DNA of 64,000 bases from Felis catus (GCF_018350175.1 NC_058383.1:4402001-4466000), one strand, 5' to 3'. Counted from the first letter of the stretch, positions 36,203 through 49,630 are shown. The notes: a model not told the origin generated them from the letters alone. Translations and numbers: made by a program.

Positions 36203-38240
36203 ACTTATGATTATTACAACTTCTCTAAAAACAGTTTAAGGGTTGAGAGAGGCTCTTTCTCATAATAGAAATTCCTAGGAAACACTGTCAGGAACTTAAA
36301 AATGGCCCCATCTCCGCTTTACCTCGCAGATAACGCTTTTATAGAGAGGAACATCGCAGAACAGCAGCCTTCATCAGGGCTCAGAGCAAAGTAATGTATT
36401 AGGAAGTGATGGATCTAATAACAGATTATTTCAAACTGTCAAAGATAAACACTGCTAGGACACGGGGGGAAACAAGCCCAATACATCTCCTCTTTGCTCA
36501 ATGCAAGTGTTACTTCTGGGCTTTCTGGTACTTCTGGGGATCGCGGCCCGGCAGGAGCTGCCAGCAAAGCCGGCTCTTCCCTGCTTGGACTCCAAAGTCA
36601 CCAAGCCCCGGAAGAGAGGCGCCCGATTTCAGGAAAAGCCAAAGACCCATTTCCTACAATATGCTTTGGACCGCATCTATGTTTTATGTCGTTAGCTAAC
36701 TGGGCAGGGGTGCTGGGGGAGGCAGGCAATAAAAATAAAGGCCCTCACAGCCCAGCACTCAGAGAGGTCAGCTTTGCCCTCAGCATTAACATGAGAAATG
36801 CCACATATTCTCTGGGGAAGACAGACAAGCGGCAGAAGAGCTCAAGGAGCAACACGGCGGATCACACAGGACGGGCGACCAAAAAGAGCGTTCCAGTCTC
36901 ATGAGCAGCTCCAACTAATCTGAGGAGCGGGAAGATGTGCCTGCGTTACCAGAGGTTAGAGAAAGGGGAAATCAGGAATGTGCCAGCCCGACCCACACTC
37001 TGAGGGAGAGGGGACTGCACTGGCCAGCTCAAGTATCTCTGGCCCTGTCACAGCTACCATCCTGCAGCAGTGACAACGGGCCATGGGATAGCTGGACCCC
37101 TCCCCTGCCTCGGGCTCCCTCTCACGATGTTCACGTGGGGACAGGAAGGCCAACTTAGGTATCTACGTGACAGTCCCATCTGTGACTGAACTAGCATCCT
37201 GGTTTCTCTCGACCTCGCCGTGGCGATCTGCTCTGGACCAGCAGCGCCAAACAAACCCTCGGCCCTGGAGCTCATCTTGTGTGCGCACGAGAGCGACCAC
37301 GGCTGCTAAGAGAAGATGCAGGTTCTGACACTGGGGCCCCAGGGGGTCCAGGAAGCTGCACGCAGACCAACTTCTTGGGTCACTGTCAGAGCTCGCTTAC
37401 GGACCGTGTTTTGAGAAGTCTTGACCCGACTGTAGCACTGTCTCCCCGCGAGGCCCTGCCCTGATGGCTTTCCTTGGGGACACTGGGACCACTGCTCCCT
37501 TGGTGACTTGGTTTCCCCACAAGGGAAAAGCAAATAAATGCTGATTAATGTCCCTTATCCAAGAACCTGCTCAGTTTCCCTTTATGGGTTCCCTGAACAT
37601 ATACTTTTGCCACTTTTTTTCTTCCCTGCCAAAATCAGAAAGAAAAAAAAAAAGGTCTTCTGTACAGACGGTGCTTTTATTTTAGCCTAGGTCTGAGGAC
37701 ATGCTGTGTCCTCAGTAGAGGAGGACACAGTTAGGAGGACACAAGTAGAGAAACCAAACCCTGCCCCTCAGGCCTGAGAAGCAGAGATGGATGAAGGCCA
37801 TCCTCGGCATGCCCGGTCTGGCAACAGGCTGGGAGATTTACTCAGCCAGGCTTAAAATATAGTAAAATTGATTTCAAAATATAATGGAACAAGAAACGAG
37901 ATCTACAGCATACAGTGTTTGTGTAAATGAAAACCATACATGCCCACACTCTTCTATTTTCTCAAGATATACACACATCCAAGGACATACACACAATTCT
38001 TAAAGTGGATGTTTAAGGGATGGGGGCTGGAATGGGGACGGGAGACGAAGAAGAAAAAATAGAGAGAAGGTCTTGCACAGCTGATTCTGATAGTGTACAC
38101 TAAGGCGGTGTGGCTGACTCAGGTTCGTGGACTTGGGGGTTCCAGGCCTCACCCCAAGATCAAACACACTGCCCCATGTGCCCTGGGCTCAGACTGCTAT
38201 CACTGCCCTCACCCTCTTTAGGTTTAGAAACAGGTGCAGA

Positions 38241-38456
38241 GGGGTGGTCGGGTGGCTCAGGGTTAAGCGTCTGACTCTTGACTTCGGCTCAGGTCATGAT
38301 CTCATGCTTTGTGAGTTTGAGCCCTACATCAGGCTCCACACTGTAAAGGCACAGAGCCTGCTTAGGATTCTCTCTCTGCCCTTCCCTATTCCCCATGCGT
38401 TCACATGCTCGCTCTCTCTCTCTCAAAAATAAATAAATAAACAAACTTAAAAAAAC
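38241..38456 (+). mobile_element. Can-SINE
   Basis: gggtggctcagggttaagcgtctgactcttg head, aataaataaa tail. Confidence 0.92.
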
Positions 38457-38789
38457 CCCCAGAAACCCAGGTATAGTATAACTGGATTAATCAAAAGGCA
38501 AAGCACTACCAACAGGGCATAAGCACATGAGGGCAGGTGTATTCTGGGGTGTCTTTCACTAATGCTTCTAGTTTGGTTAAGTTTGTGGGTTTACTGCAGT
38601 GACCTAGTCTAAAGATGACTCGGCTTTAGAATGTAAAAAACTGTGGATTGCTAAAAATGAGAATTGTAAGAATTAGCATATACTCAGAAAGATGGGTCCC
38701 GACAAATGAGAGGACCTCATGGAATCTCTGACCTTGGAGGACACATGGTTCTGTATTTCTTGGACAGCGTTCTAGATACTGGGACTTGG

Positions 38790-38790
<1 letters not shown>

Positions 38791-38818
<28 letters not shown>
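38791..38818. repeat. Poly-T run (28 nt)
   Basis: Uninterrupted T tract with no adjoining SINE body. Confidence 0.9.
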
Positions 38819-38823
<5 letters not shown>

Positions 38824-40059
38824 TTTGAGATGAAATTCTTACAGTGGAGGGAACAGAATTCAATTTTTTCCTTATTACTCACAGTTACGGTCCTGAGATA
38901 CACATCCATGACTCTAAGCTGTAACCAGGAAAGCCACTGGAGTCTACCAAGATGTGTGGACAGTCTGTCCCTGTCCTGAATGTCCCCAGGCTGCTGGGCC
39001 CTTGGAGTCCCCCTGTTTGTTTTGGCTGGTTTCTTCCCTGCTTTCAGGTGGCCTCTTTTTTGTTGCTGTTTCTGTGCTTACATGACACACTTCCTCTTTG
39101 TCCCCATCTATCTGTTCAAGAGATGAAAACCAGACAGCTAAGCATTTTAGAACTGGGTTTCAAGTAAGAATGGACTGATCTAAAGGCAAATCTCTAGGGT
39201 TCACCTTGGAGGATGGAACATCAAAGACTGTAACGTTAACTATTTTGGATGCTTCAAAGGCTTTCCAGATTAGCTCCCGCTACCAGTTCAGTGTGGAAGA
39301 TGAAAAAAAGGCAGCTGTGGAAAATTCTTCACAAAAATGATGACTGTAAAATCTGCTCTGGCTTGACCTTGATGGACCTTTCCCAACCTCATTATATTCA
39401 CCTACTGGGCCAACACTGTGGGGGAACGGTACTCTCTGTCTTGGCAGACACGTCTGTCGGGGGGAGTCGTGGGGGTACTAGGTCAATACCCTCACCTCCT
39501 GCTCAGTTTCTCTGAGGGTGGAACCTCCAGCCTAGGCAGACCACCATTCAGACCAAGGCCAGTCTTTAGTGATGAGGGTGGAGAAAGTGCCTAGGCCTTC
39601 CTTCTCATTTTGCCAGATGACAAGCTTCTCCCTGGCTGGGAAGTAGTCCATCAGTTCTCATTAACAGGCTTTCTCACAAAATCCAACCCACGGATTAGCG
39701 CAGAGGGAGGCCCAGGTATGTTCCAGGTCTTTTCAGATCTGATGCCCAGGTGTCATTATGTTCACCCTAATTTTTTAGGGTCCATGAACTTTAACGAAGC
39801 CCTCTGTCAAGAAAATCAGTAAACACAGCACAGAGCTGCAGTATCTGGGACTGTGATAGCAAATGTGCATTTACCAATGGGATTAATCAAATGGAGCCTG
39901 CATTTCCCTGTTTTCCCTCATTTGATAAGATGGAAGAGTGAAGTGGGGATACCTTACCCACCTGCAAGAAAACTATAACAGCCCACAAAGTGACCCTAGA
40001 TTGTTATGAATTGCGGTGTAACATAACTAACTTAAACAATCTCAAGAGCTCACCTTTTT

Positions 40060-40286
40060 TTTTTTTTTTTTTAATTTTTTTTTTTAACAATTATTTATTT
40101 TTGAGACAGGGAGAGACAGCATGAACGGGGGAGGGTCAGAGAGAGAGGGAGACACAGAATCTGAAACAGGCTCCAGGCTCTGAGCTGTCAGCACAGAGCC
40201 TGACGCGGGGCTCGAACTCACGGACCGCGAGATCATGACCTGAGCCGAAGTCGGACGCTTAACCGACTGAGCCACCCAGGCGCCCC
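40060..40286 (-). mobile_element. Young Can-SINE
   Basis: TSD agagctcaccttttt at 40045-40059 and 40288-40302. Confidence 0.96.
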
Positions 40287-40395
40287 TAGAGCTCACCTTT
40301 TTAAAATGAAAACATGCTTGTTTTTTCCCCAGGGCTCAAGGAGAATGGAGTTACTCCTGAAGAAAGCATGACAGATTTAGATATCATGTGGGGGA

Positions 40396-40568
40396 TTATT
40401 TATTTAATTTTTAAATTTGTTGTTTATTTCCTAAGTAGGCTCCACATCCAGCACAGAGCCCAACACGGGGCTTGAACTCACGACCCTGAAATCAAGACCT
40501 GAGCTGAGATCAAGACCTGAGCTGAGATCAAGAGTTGGACACTTAACCAACTGAGCCGCCCATGCACC
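40396..40568 (-). mobile_element. Short Can-SINE variant with an extra 18-bp internal repeat
   Basis: (ctgagatcaagacctgag) about 2.7 copies at 40486-40533. Confidence 0.85.
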
Positions 40569-41395
40569 TCACGTGTGGTGGCTTTTTGAGAACTGCTTGG
40601 GAGGAAGGGGGTTGAGCCCAGATGTGGGCAGCTTCAGCATGTACAAAGCACTTAAAGACATGCTTTCGATGAGATCACCCGAAGCGAATGGGGACAGATG
40701 CACAGGGTCACAGGTCAGAGCCCCTCGGTGCTCCAGGAGTGGTGTGCAAGGTGGACAAAGGGAGGACCAGGGAGCTTCTCAGTGGAGGGGTTCTTGAAGG
40801 TACTGGATTGGGGTTCTACACGGGAAAGACGACAAATGGAAGAGGGTGTGTGGGAGGTGCACGTGCACCAGGGACTGGCAATCTCTGTCTGTTCTGGCTC
40901 GTCAGTAGCACCACCTCCGTCTCTCTTGGCCCGAGGACTGAGGCACATTCTACCTGCATTGCTCTCTGGTGATGCCTTGTGAAATTCGAGACAGAATCTG
41001 CATCATTTTGTAGTCCTACAGTGATAGAACCCGAAGCCGTTGCAAGTGCTGAGCTTCCTGGAACCGAGAGAGATACAAGTAACTGCTTAACTCTGAGCCC
41101 CAATCAGTCCAGAATGCTCAGATAACTCCTGGCTCAAATTCTGTTAATTACTGACGGCTGAGAATTGCCACACTCACGTAACATTAAGACCACAAGTTAG
41201 TAGCTTCCCAGAACCACAAACTTTAGCTCTAACTTAGAAAAAAAGGACATTCAGGGTGGACATTCAGGGTGGAATGTATCAATGATCTTTCCAGTATAGT
41301 TGGGCTTGTGGCAAGTATTCACGCCTGGGAGTGGATGTAGAGGAAGAATACAGCCTCCACAGAGGTGTTCAAAGTGGGTTACATTAGGACCATTT

Positions 41396-41614
41396 AGAAA
41401 AAAAGTTTACTTTTGGCGGGGGGGGGGGGGGGGGGGGGGGGAGGGGGGAGAATGAGAGAGGATGTGAGCGGGGGAGGGGCAGAGAGCAAAGGAGACAGAG
41501 AATCCCAAGCAGGTGCTGTGCTGATGTGGGCCCTGAAGCCATGAACCATGAGATCATGACCTGAGCCAAAACCAAGAGTCGGATGCCTAACTGACTGAGC
41601 CACCCAGGTGCCCC
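41396..41614 (-). mobile_element. Can-SINE with a G24 run replacing part of (GA)n
   Basis: Reverse body; gaccattt repeated on both flanks. Confidence 0.9.
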
Positions 41615-42254
41615 AACATAACGACCATTTTCGATACTGACATTAGACGATGACTTCTGGAAAACTTGGAAACAGAATAGGTTCTTAAAGGAGCAGTGGG
41701 GGTCAACAGTGGGAAACAACGAAAGAGAACAGCACAGTGGGACAGGGAGGGACAGAGCGCTGCATCCTGTCTCTGCCGTGGCCGATTTCTCCCTGGCACT
41801 TCCAGAACGTGCCCTGCATGTCTGCATTTCTCTCTCTTCCTGCTGACCTCTCAATCCTGCTCTTTCTGTAATAATGTCCATTTCCCCTTTCAGAACTGGA
41901 CTTCATGAGGTACAGGCTACACATGGGCCTTTCCCTTGAATATGGCCCCCCCACTCACTCTTTGTTGGACAGTGCAATCTCTCTAGTTGCCTCTGGTTCC
42001 TGTGCCCGCAGAAAGACACAGAGGCATGCTCTGTTGAAAGGATTTTGTGGCTCACCACTCTGGGCAGAGAGAATGGAGGAAAAACTGACATATAGCAAGT
42101 TAAGTAAATGACTTTTGGAGAGTGGTTTGAGGTACACTTCTGAGCTGCTAACTGGAAAGTCCCATTGGACTTCCTTCCATTTTTATTTTTAAAGCTCATC
42201 TGCCTTCCTCACCTGCTTGTCCCAACTCCTGAAAGGAATAAAGACAACACAATA

Positions 42255-42445
42255 TAGCAGAAGGAGCCCAAGCTTTAGACACTAGACAGTTTGTTGCTAT
42301 TTATGCTATGGGCAGGCTCCCTGGTCTCGCACCAAGACTTACTCTTCCGATCTCCCTGGACGAGTGTTAAGATAAAATGAGAAAATACGTGGCCTCCGGT
42401 ATGATGATGCCTGGCTCTCAGAGGCTGTCCCGAATGCTGACTTTA
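42255..42445 (+). mobile_element. MIR
   Basis: atagcagaaggagcccaagctttagacactagacag...gtgttaagataaaatgagaaaatacgt. Confidence 0.55.
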
Positions 42446-43865
42446 CTAGAGGGTTCCCCTTTCCCGAGGTACCTCTGACTACTCTGCCACTTCTGTTTCC
42501 AATCCTCTAACATTTAGAACATCACCAACAAGCCTGATGTTCCCCAGGGCTTTTGTCTACGCAAGCAGGTAGGGCAATCTAGGTATGTGTCTTTTTTTTT
42601 TTTTCTTGACTCCCATGATTTTCAGGGCAGATTCTATGACGACACCATCCACGTACGGTATTTACTAAGTCCCCACCGGGGACGAAGCAGAGCATGGGTG
42701 CCATCAGCAGTGCCTGATGTCATCAAACCACATGCCCTCTTCATGCTTCAAATATGGTAACAGCCTCGCATAAAAGGGCCTGATCCTTCCACTGTGAACC
42801 CTGGCAATACTCTGCTCGGACTACATTTGACCAAAGAGCTCTTTGCTTTTGAGTTCAGGGTTTCCTCACTGCCCAGGGAGTGGAAGGCAATTTATAAATC
42901 ATTCATCTGAGCTCAGCCACGCAGTCAGCTCCTGGAAAAGGGATGGGGATCAAGGGGACCATGCACCTGTGAAGGTTTTTAGGATGATTTTCCTCCAAAG
43001 AACTCACAGTTCTCCCTAATTATTTATATCACGAGGAGACTGAATTCTCACTCTTGTCCCAGAAAGAACAAACAAAGGTAAAGTAAACTGCACAGTGTAA
43101 TCACTTTTGACCCTTTCTGGCCACCTCAAAATTCGCTAATTCTGTTTTGGATTCAACGGAGGAAGTATAATGATGGGCCGCTTAATTCTTGTCGAGCAGG
43201 GTAAGAAAACCAAGAGTGACGTGGCTGGCCGATGTGTTGCAGACGACAGTCCCTTTCCTCTGGTGTTGGAAGGACGGTCCCGTCCTCGACCTTAGCTGGA
43301 AGCAGAGGCGACACCACACTTCGCGAGTGCCGTTCACGTGGCAGGCTTGCGTGGAGAAAGCCGCTGCCCACGCTGGGAGTTTTTCACGCTCATTAAAAAA
43401 ACAAAACGAAACCACCGCCCCCCTCGCCCCCTGCAGAAAGTGCACACACAGGCACAGCAGCAGGGACACGGTCTCAACGGAGAAACACTTCACGATAAAC
43501 GGCAAGGGCAGGCCGCTTTTCTCCCAATCCCTCGTTCCTTTTATTCTCCCAGTTCCGAAGCTTTGGCGACTCCAGTTATGGTATGAGTGTCTTTCCCACA
43601 TTTTTGTCATGCAAAATAGCACAACACTGTTTGGTTAGCACATCAGCCATCTGAGGTCTCCAGACACTACTGTTCTTACGCTCCTACTCACATGCCCACG
43701 TGGCTCTTTCTCCACGTGAAAATGAATCCTCTCCTTCAAATATGGGCTGTTTGTTTCATCAGTGATTTTTAGTTCTGGGGGACACGATACCATAAAGAAC
43801 ACTGGAGGACGCTTAATGCAGGCAGTTGGCTATAGATGGTCCCCTTAGAGGACAGTCACTCGGTC

Positions 43866-44011
43866 TCTTGCTCCTCAAAGGATGAGCAGGACTCCACCCG
43901 GGAGCTTGTCAGGAACGACAACAGCAGGCTCCACTCGAGACCTACCAACGAGAAGTGCCTGCGGACATAATGGGGGCGACTCTGACGCGTAGTCCACTTT
44001 AGGAAGCGCCG
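43866..44011. mobile_element. MER5A-like hAT MITE
   Basis: cacccgggagcttgtcaggaa...caggctccactcgagacctac...tttaggaagcgccg. Confidence 0.55.
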
Positions 44012-44013
44012 AC

Positions 44014-44241
44014 TTTTTTTTTATAAAATTTTTTTTTTCAACGTTTATTTATTTTTGGGACAGAGAGAGACAGAGCATGAACGGGGGAGGAGCAGAGAGA
44101 GAGGGAGACACAGAATCGGAAACAGGCTCCAGGCTCCGAGCCATCAGCCCAGAGCCCGACGCGGGGCTCGAACTCACAGACCGCGAGATCGTGACCTGGC
44201 TGAAGTCGGACGCTTAACCGACTGCGCCACCCAGGCGCCCT
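44014..44241 (-). mobile_element. Young Can-SINE
   Basis: TSD gcgccgac plus T tract at 44006 and 44242. Confidence 0.95.
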
Positions 44242-44595
44242 GCGCCGACCTTTTTTTTACACAGGTCTCGGTTTTGCTGGTCCTTTTGATACCTCTATTT
44301 AGGAAAAAAAAAAATCAGACAACTGGGTTCTTTACAAGAAGAATTTGCTACTGGCAATTACAGGGAAGTTGACAACATTCACTGTCCATTCTTTTCTTCA
44401 ACGCCCTGAAATCTTCACTCCATCTTGCTTCAAGTGGCAGGTGATCAACAGATTCAACAGTAAGACACCAAAAAGGTATTAGAGAGTGAGGGGACAGGAA
44501 GGGCTGGCAGTGAAATCTATGACTGCTCACGTTTGTAAACCAAGGCCTAAACGTAGTATCGAAGTTGGCAAGTGCTGTTGAAAATGAGAGGGTGG

Positions 44596-44829
44596 GGGCG
44601 CCTGGGTGGCTCAGTCGGTTGAGCATCTGACTTCAGCTCAGGTCATGATCTCACGGTCTGTGAGTTTGAGCCCCGCGTCAGGCTCTGTGCTGACAGCTCA
44701 GAGCCTGGAGCCTGCTTCAGATTCTGTGTCTCCCTCTCTCTCTGCCCCTCCCCCGTTCATGCTCTGTCTCTCTCTGTCTCAAAAAATAAATAAACGTTAA
44801 AAAAAATTAAAAAAAAAAAAAAAAGAAAA
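44596..44829 (+). mobile_element. Can-SINE
   Basis: 16-bp TSD gaaaatgagagggtgg at 44580-44595 and 44830-44845. Confidence 0.96.
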
Positions 44830-45121
44830 GAAAATGAGAGGGTGGACAACGCATTCCAGAAAGCACTCCTGTAAACGATGCCAACACAGCTTCAGGGCTG
44901 TGCATAAACTGTTAGGACTGAGCACACACCCGCCGGGGCACAGGGATGCCTTGCTGACGCAAGAAGGACCCGGTTACGCAGGGGGTCGGGGGGGGGGGCA
45001 GGCTTGCCTGATGCCGTGTCATGCCGGGGTAGCTGCCGAGGGGAGATATTCAGGCCTGAGGGAGAGTACTGAGCTGACTGTCTGATGAAGACAAACCATC
45101 CTTTATTGTCTTACTTGCTGC

Positions 45122-45317
45122 TTTTTTTTTTTCAAAGTTTATTTATTTATTTTGAGAGAGACAGTACAAGTGGGGAGGGGCAAAGAGAGAGAGAATCCCA
45201 AGCAGGCTCTGTGCTGCCAACACAGAGCCTGACGTGGGGCTCGCACTCATGGAACCCCGAGATCGTGACCTGAGCCGAAACCAAGAGTTGGACACTTGAC
45301 CAACTGAGCCACCCTGG
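45122..45317 (-). mobile_element. Can-SINE
   Basis: Reverse body, slightly 5' truncated. Confidence 0.9.
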
Positions 45318-46231
45318 TTTGCTTATTCTTGGATGTAAATTTCTGGTGCTGTCAGCGACAGTGGCTATAAAACAAACCTTAGGATGCTACTACCTCAAAC
45401 ACGGTCATGAGAGCTTGATCAGGGAAAAATGAATCAGTAATGTGTCCCCACCACTCTGTGCCCAGAGAATGCTTAGTCCCCCACTGTTACTTCTTCATTA
45501 GCTTCTTCACATTTAAAACCCAAAGGTGACTTCCGGAGGTGGAAGTACAGCTCAGGCGTTGCTGAGTGCGTCTCCTAACACTGTTGCAAATATGACTCCC
45601 CCTCCCATGTTTTCCAAGCTGTCTTCAGCCTTCATCTGTAACCCCGGATCTCAGTGCCTGTTACGTGGTCTAGCTAGTGGGGAAAGTGCAGTGGTGACCA
45701 CATGGGCGGCTCATCTATGGGGTCCTAGAGGGCAAGAGTCCAGTCCAGGAAGGTAGAGCTGAAGGTCTCCCTGGTGGGAGCTGCACCAGTCGCACCCCTA
45801 GCCACGTGCCCTCCCCTAGAAGGCTTGCAGTGATTTCTGTCAATAAATCACTACCTGGCCCTGCGGAGAGCTGCCAAAGGGTAGTCTGCTGTGACACTGC
45901 TAGTATCTGTTTTCATTCTTAGCGCCTTCCTGACAACAACTGTTCAAAATAACAGATGGACAATAGGATAAAACTTCACTAGATGCCATTTGCCTTTTGC
46001 CAGGTTCCCTGAGCTCTGCTCTGTTCAGGCTTAGAATGAACCGCTCTACCTGCCCAGATGAAGGCAGGACAATTTGGAAACACACAGAGAACATATGCTA
46101 ACACTCTGACTGATTGGTCTTTGGGTTCAATCGTAAGCCCAATCATAACCAGTCCTGCTTTACACTGCTTTCCGAACTGAATATCAGAACCAGTAAAACA
46201 AACAAACAAACCCATGTCATTTATTTATGGC

Positions 46232-46672
46232 TGTTATGGACTGAACTGTACCCCCCCCCCTCCAGTTCAGATGCTTAAGTCCTAGCCCCCAGCACCTCAG
46301 AAGGCGGTAGGACTTTTAATCAAAATGGAGATAGGGTTTTTAAAGAGGTGATGAGGTTAAAAAAAGATACTTAGGGTGGACCCTAATATCCATTCTGACC
46401 GGTGTCCTTCTAGGAAGAGGAGATTTGGACACATAGACACCAGAGATGTACGTTCACAATGCAAAGGCCATGGAAGGACCCAGGGAGAAGGTGGCCATCT
46501 CAAGTCAAGGAGAGAGGTCTCAGAAGAAACCAAACTTGCTAACACCTTGATCTTGGACTTACAGACTCCAGAAAAAGAAAAATTAACTGTGAAATGCTAC
46601 AAAATAAGTTTCTCTTGTTTAAGCCACCCAGTCTGTGGCATTTGGCTATGCCGGCCCCAGCAAACTAGTAAA
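46232..46672 (+). mobile_element. MaLR solo LTR (MLT1B-like)
   Basis: tgttatggactgaactgt...cttgatcttggactt...tgtttaagccacccagtctgtggcattt...gcaaactagta. Confidence 0.88.
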
Positions 46673-46969
46673 GTAGCCTTCAATGTTCATCAAACACTAG
46701 ATGGTGGTGCATCCAGAGTGGTCGTGATCTCCTCGTGCACATACTGCTGCCTTCTGATCTTCATACATGCTGGAGACTCTAAGTCCGGATTCTTGGGGAC
46801 ACAGATGGGAGACAGGCTGTAGACACTATGACTAAGTCCCAGAACACCAGGAGTGTCACCGATTTACTTCCAATCCAGATGAATACATGGCTTCCTGGAA
46901 GTCGCCGCCTCTAAATACATGTTTACTTTGGGGGAACAATAATCTTTTAGTTCTATCAATTACTTACTT

Positions 46970-47069
46970 AAATTTTTAAAAAGTAATCTCTACACCCAAC
47001 AGGGGCTCAAACTCATGATTCCAAGATCAAGAGTTGGATATTCCATCAACTGAGCCAGTCAGGTGCCCC
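46970..47069 (-). mobile_element. Short tRNA-Lys-derived SINE
   Basis: TSD t(c/g)tatca(a/g)ttactt at 46952 and 47070. Confidence 0.82.
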
Positions 47070-47344
47070 TGTATCAGTTACTTTTGTCTTCACTAATGAT
47101 ATCAAATAGTCTCACCCTAAGAAACGATCAAGTTGGAGAGTTATGTTTGCTAAACTTAAAAGGAGAAAAGCAACCAGCCATGGAATAATCACTCCCCACC
47201 CCCAACAAGCAATGGAATGAGTGCTTGCAAATGTGAACAGATACTTTATGCTACTGACCAACTCCAGTAGGCAAATATATTCATAGGCATGAATATATTT
47301 CCTGGGAATAAAGAGAGATTTCCAAAATTCACAAAATATGTGTT

Positions 47345-47548
47345 TTTTTTTTAAAGTTTATTTTTATTTATTTTGAGAGAGATAAAGAGCGAGCAGGGGA
47401 GGGGCAGAGAGAGAGGGAGAGGGAATCCCAAGCGGGCTCTGTGCTGACAGCTCAAACTCTGTGGGGCTCAAACTCAAACTGTGAGATCATGACCTGAGCC
47501 GAAACCAGGAGTCGGATGCTTAACTGACTGAGCCACCCAGCTGCCCCC
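47345..47548 (-). mobile_element. Can-SINE
   Basis: TSD caaaata..tgtt on both sides. Confidence 0.92.
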
Positions 47549-47650
47549 CAAAATACATGTTGAATTAAATCTGCATCCATCTCCCTGTATCCTCTTGTTG
47601 GTACCCACAAGTAGTTAAGGTTTTTAGGTGTGATTAATTATACCTATTTT

Positions 47651-47692
47651 ATTTATTTTTAATTTCTTTTTTAATGTTCATTCATTTTCTGA

Positions 47693-47738
<46 letters not shown>

Positions 47739-47903
47739 CAGGGGAAAAGCAGAGACAGAGAGACGGAGACATAGAATCTGAAACAGTCTCCAGGCTCTGA
47801 GCTGTCAGCACAGAGCCTGATGTGGGGCTCAAACCCATGAACCATGAGATCGTGACCTGAGCCGAAGTCGGAAGCTCAACCGACTGAGCCACCCAGGCAC
47901 CCC
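47651..47903 (-). mobile_element. Can-SINE with long (GA)n
   Basis: TSD aattata(c/t)ctattt at 47636 and 47905. Confidence 0.93.
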
Positions 47904-48577
47904 GAATTATATCTATTTTAACAAATATTTACCAGGCAAGCCAAACACTGTGTTAGGAAGTGGGGAAAAAAAATCATAAATAAAACTCTGTCCTTAACTT
48001 TCAGATTATAAGATTCAAGAACAGTTGCCAAGCAGAAGTTAGACTGTTTGCCCAAGGTTTTAAATTCAAGAGAAACCAAAAATCTGGAATTTTATATAAA
48101 ATCTAATTTTATATATTGGTAGCTAGCTAAAAACTAGTTTATAATGTCAGTGAGGACTAAACAACCATGGCTATGAGCTGGATCTGGGGAGTGTGTGTGT
48201 GTGTCCACTTTACAACTCAGGTTTGCATTTTACAGGCCAGGCTGGCCTGGATACACCTGGAGGACAATTACTGGCACCAAGGCAACTTTCATAACGTTGG
48301 CTCTAAGTTCAGTTTGTACATTTGGTACATCCATCCACTGAACTGCTATACTCGCCAGCCGGTCCCCTGTTGCCCTCACCACTCTCCTGCCCACTTGGGG
48401 AAAGGTACTGTAGTTCTCCTTAACTATCAAGAGAATGTTCTCCTCTCCACCTTTCTCCCCATCACTCCTTACCCCAAAGACAAGTACAAGAGTTCCTGGC
48501 TACTGTGTGGAAAAGGTCCCTCTTCTCATAAAACAGATATCACCGAGGAAGCGGTGGTGCCTACTCCTCATGATTAA

Positions 48578-49200
48578 CCCACTCGTTCATTCGAATGCTT
48601 ACGCCGGGTCCTGAGCAGGTGCCAGTTAAAAGAAATGGATCCTACAGTGTTTCAGCTCAGGGACTGGCTGGTGGAGTGGGGATTAAGGAAGAAAGGGGGT
48701 CACACGAGTGCTGCAGGTGCTCAGGAGAGAGGTGGGGTGGGGCATGGGAAGACTGCACAAAGGAGAAGGTCTGCCTGAGGTTCCAAGGTTGAGAAGAGGC
48801 ATCCGGGAGAGGGTGAGGGTAACAAGTATCAAGTGTGGGGATGTGAGACAGCCGGGCTGGTGCAGAAACTCAAGACATGAGGCTGGAACAAGATGCTGGG
48901 GGAAGGAACACATGCAGAGAGGCTGACCAGAGCCAGTGTAAGGCCCCCAGAGGTGCCTCCCGGAGCTGTGGGGAGATACTGGAGGGTTTAATAGAAGGAC
49001 AACATGGTCAATGCAGTCTGTTCTTCAGGAAGATCACCACAGTGCGGGTCTGGAGCATGGAACTGGAAGGAGCCGAGCGGAAGAGGAAGCCCTATTAGGA
49101 TGCTGCCATGGTGATCCAGGAGCGCAACAGTGGGGAGGACAGATGTGAGAGAGCCTGGTGACAGACAGAGGTGGGAGAGTGGGGGTGAAGGGAGGGCGGG
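48578..49200 (-). mobile_element. L2 fragment
   Basis: actcgttcattcgaatgcttacg...ttcaggaagatcaccacagtgcgggtctggagcatgga. Confidence 0.6.
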
Positions 49201-49423
49201 GGTCTGGAATAGGTGGCGAGAAACCAAGGCCCCATGAAACACGTGGAGCACAGTCTTTGCTGGACATCGCTAAGGTGTTCCCCTGGCCAGAGGTGCTGGA
49301 GATTCTCTCTGTGGATTCCATCGTTCGACCTTTGGGGATCTCTTGGTCAGAAAATCTACAGAAGTGCTGAGATTTCCTGGGCCTTAGGCTAAAGGGCTGT
49401 AACTTATGGGGTTGTTGCATCTT

Positions 49424-49630
49424 TTTTAATATACATATGAAGTTTATTTATAGATTTCGAGAGAGAGAGGGCAAGCATAAGCAAGTGAGGGATAGAGAGA
49501 GAGAGAAACCCAAGCAAGCTCCGCACTGTCAGCATGGAGCCCGGTGTGGGGCTCAAACTCATGAACCATGAGATCATGACCTGAGCCGAAATCAAGAGTT
49601 GGGATGCTTAACCCACTGAGCCAGTCAGAT
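49424..49630 (-). mobile_element. Can-SINE
   Basis: Reverse body; tgttgcatctt repeated at 49413 and 49643. Confidence 0.9.
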
